From positions 10,664,001-10,728,000 of the forward strand of contig OZ210885.1 of the NCBI GenBank assembly GCA_964658305.1: a DNA stretch of 64,000 nt. The letters run 5' to 3'. Below, piece by piece: positions 61,476 to 64,000 of this stretch. Position numbers and translations under genes: made by a program. The DNA is from Leptogorgia sarmentosa. Taxonomy: Eukaryota. Position 1 is the first letter of the stretch, and each line of letters opens with the position of its first letter. Below the pieces are notes generated by a model that made no database searches, was not told where the DNA came from, and saw only the letters and a program-made list of their open reading frames with translations.

Positions 61476-62709
61476 CTAAAAATGAGTTGAAAACTAGCTC
61501 AGAAACCGTATGTTAACTGCATTCAAAGGTCGGAAAATTTACAACTCTTACTGGCCAAGGCCTTCAAAGGCTCGCTTGCAATTTTTTAGTGGCATTTTCT
61601 GGCCTTTCTGATATATGAGGCACATGTTCATAGGTGGATTTATGACGAGTGTTCTGATTTTATTAATTCTGACTTCCGCAACTGGTTTAGTCTTTCACCT
61701 CTATCAAAGCGGAAATAATAAAACTCGCACTAGAAATAGCTGCAAAAATTGCAGTGTAAAAGAGTCCCAACTGCCAATGCATGATATGAATGAAGTTTTT
61801 TAAAGAACTGAGAAAGTAGAGGTAATATTTATCATTTATAGACCCGGAGGCAATATGAAGCAAATATTTCGACCATCAGTCAAGCCACATCAGTCGTATG
61901 CAAGTATATATTGTTTTCGTTTCACAAGAATGTACAAGTTAAGAATTGTGCTTTGTTTACAAATACTTACACGAGCTGGCTGTACAACGCACGAGAATTT
62001 TTCAATACTGAGCCGAGTTAAAATGTTAAATTTATTTTAAAAATTAAAGACAAGTAATAAAGCTTACAGCCTGTACATGTGGTCGTGTGAAAGAAAAGAC
62101 TTGGAAGAATTGCCACTATTCTAGCTATAACGTCCATCTAACAACATCAGTATTGTGGCTATTTCCACAACAATAGCATGACGATGTTAATTAATGAATG
62201 CATATGCATGCAAATCAAGTGCATGATATCAATTCACGTGTGTGATATTTTAAGTCATAAGCAAGTAAGTCATAAGCAAGTAATCATCTCGAAGTAAGTG
62301 AGTTATTCAAGCATATATTAACTCAAGTTAGCAGTCGTCAACAAGTTATTTAAGCATTCCTGCACAAATTGGTAAGAGACTGTATTTGTATGTATTATGT
62401 AGATTCCTGTATATATTTTCATGCTTGTACAAATTCTGTTATATAATAGTAAATATTCGCCTCTTCTAGGAGTTTTACCGGCGAATCTACCGTGTTAAAA
62501 CGTGTGCAGAAATAGAAGTGTTTATCAGATATCGTTTTCAATTTTGTACGACCTGTACAATCAGACTTCTATCTTTAACTTCGCATGAATTTACGTTTAC
62601 CAACGCTGTACTGGATATTATTTTGCCGTATTACTGCAACTTGGCTACTCGAGCTACATCCCATTAAAAATCGTCCCTATACCTTGAAAATAGCCTTATC
62701 ACAACATAC

Positions 62710-63041
62710 CGTGTATTTTCTTAACCAAGATTCCGCTGCAACAATATCACTGAACGACACATCTCCACCAAGGACTCTGACGAGGGTGTTAATCAGTTTC
62801 AAGCGATCAGGTGTTTGACCAATGTCAAGCCAGACAACTTGACGAGATTTTGAGACTTCCCAGGCAACAGCTTGGGCTAACACCGTCTTACCGAGGCCTC
62901 CCATTCCACGGATACCAACGTCGCCACCATGACGTCCAACAACACCCACTTTATTTCCCTGCTTGAGTAACTCCAATATCTCGGTTACTTCTGATGGCCT
63001 TTCCACCATGTGAGCAGGTAGATTGCGTAATCCATACGGAA
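62710..63041 (-). CDS. NB-ARC/WD40 gene exon (Walker A)
   Basis: LPAHMVER, GIRGMGGLGKTVLA, VVWL; TTCTAG acceptor, GTATGT donor. Confidence 0.9.
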
Positions 63042-63719
63042 CTAGAATATCGAATAAAATACAGATGATAATTTTGAAATCACTCTGCTGCATGCTTCAA
63101 ATAATTGTGTATACCAGAATGCATATTTGCACAATTTCAACTTTGAACATTAATTTCGTTAAATATTTTACGTCGCTCTGGCATTAAAATCTCTTGCTAC
63201 AGTTTGCAGTGAATTGTTATTGAAGTGAGTCTAAACTTTATTTAAACTTTCCCAAGAAAAGCAATTTGTAGTGTGCATTACAATTATTGATGAGAAGTTT
63301 GTGGCCGTTCCTATTTGGTCGTTTATGCGTGCGCGCAGAAGGTGCTAATTGGTACAGTCTTTCCTCACCACCTGTACTGCAGGGTGAGAGAACTTGGAGT
63401 ACGGTATGATTTTGAAGTGCTGTCCACTGGGTGCAGTGGTGATATAAAGATATATAATATCAAACTACCGTTCCTAATCATCGAGGTCACTCGTGTGCAT
63501 ATACTATATCGAAATTGCATTCGAAACCATGCCAATATGCACCTATACAAATAAGAATTAGACATTCTAGGGTATAATTCGGCTTCTGGACAGCCGACGT
63601 GTCATTGAATATATCGCGCAGAGTCCATTTCAGTTGAAGCTTTCAAATTATGCTATAGAATAAAGCTATAAACATCATTTACAGCATGGATTTTTTGAAA
63701 GTAGTGCAAACGAATAGTG

Positions 63720-64000
63720 ACATCTCGGTAATCAGAGCTTCTAAAGTCACAGAAGTGGCAACCAGCAAGCTAACCAGTCTCTTCATACAAGTCACATAAT
63801 TTTGCCGACAGAACACTTTTCCCATCGCCGGGACCTCCATTTAGGATCATAACTCTCGATTTCGTATCGTGAAGCCATTTTTCAAAGTCGTCAAAGAACC
63901 ATTGCGTGGTCCCTTCTTGAAATTTTCGAATAAGCTGGTCAATCTTTCCATTAAATACAAATTTAGCTAATTTACAGAAGATTTTACATTTTCTACCACA
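63720..64000 (-). pseudogene. NACHT-type P-loop fragment with an in-frame stop (runs off the window edge)
   Basis: KFQEGTTQWFFDDFEKWL...SRVMILNGGPGDGKSVLSAKLC...TG*LAGCHFCDF; similarity stops after about 63720. Confidence 0.7.

Larger units (their letters stand above)
15580..63041 (-). pseudogene. NB-ARC + WD40-repeat (Apaf-1-like STAND ATPase) gene, 13 exons seen, about 1405 codons, 5' end unresolved, one in-frame TGA (null allele or young pseudogene)
   Basis: All 13 exons have GT-AG boundaries with compatible phases (total 4220 nt, starting in phase 1). Motifs GMGGLGKT, LVVVDDVW, LLITTR, GLPLAL and VHDLL, then multiple GH...WD repeats. Confidence 0.85.

Noticed and set aside
63368..63430. 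Candidate upstream exon with GTGAGG donor
   Set aside because: Phase-compatible but without a recognisable domain or clear acceptor; not supportable without transcripts.

Overview
AT-rich animal genomic DNA, with spliceosomal introns and eukaryotic tRNAs; an invertebrate, probably a cnidarian, inferred from the repeat and gene families. The main host locus is a minus-strand NB-ARC + WD40 (Apaf-1-like STAND) gene. I could chain 13 GT-AG exons in frame from 63041 to 15580. Its 5' end is not resolved and one exon carries an in-frame TGA. Its introns hold an Ngaro/DIRS-type tyrosine-recombinase retrotransposon, a Tc1/mariner deletion derivative, an intact BEL/Pao LTR element with identical LTRs, a THAP-bearing Kolobok-like mini-element, a decayed OTU-bearing Helitron/Helentron and many MITEs. 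The first 12 kb are a tRNA gene/pseudogene cluster (Thr, Val, Cys, Glu). It is interrupted by a non-autonomous Helentron-like element, which in turn contains a complete 6.0 kb hAT transposon. The most striking result is that this hAT element appears to encode one spliced 1199-aa protein. It fuses a vertnin-like OTU cysteine-protease domain with intact catalytic motifs, via a proline-rich linker with a PIP-box-like motif, to an intact zinc-finger/DDE hAT transposase. All calls come from manual reading and translation; no database searches were run.
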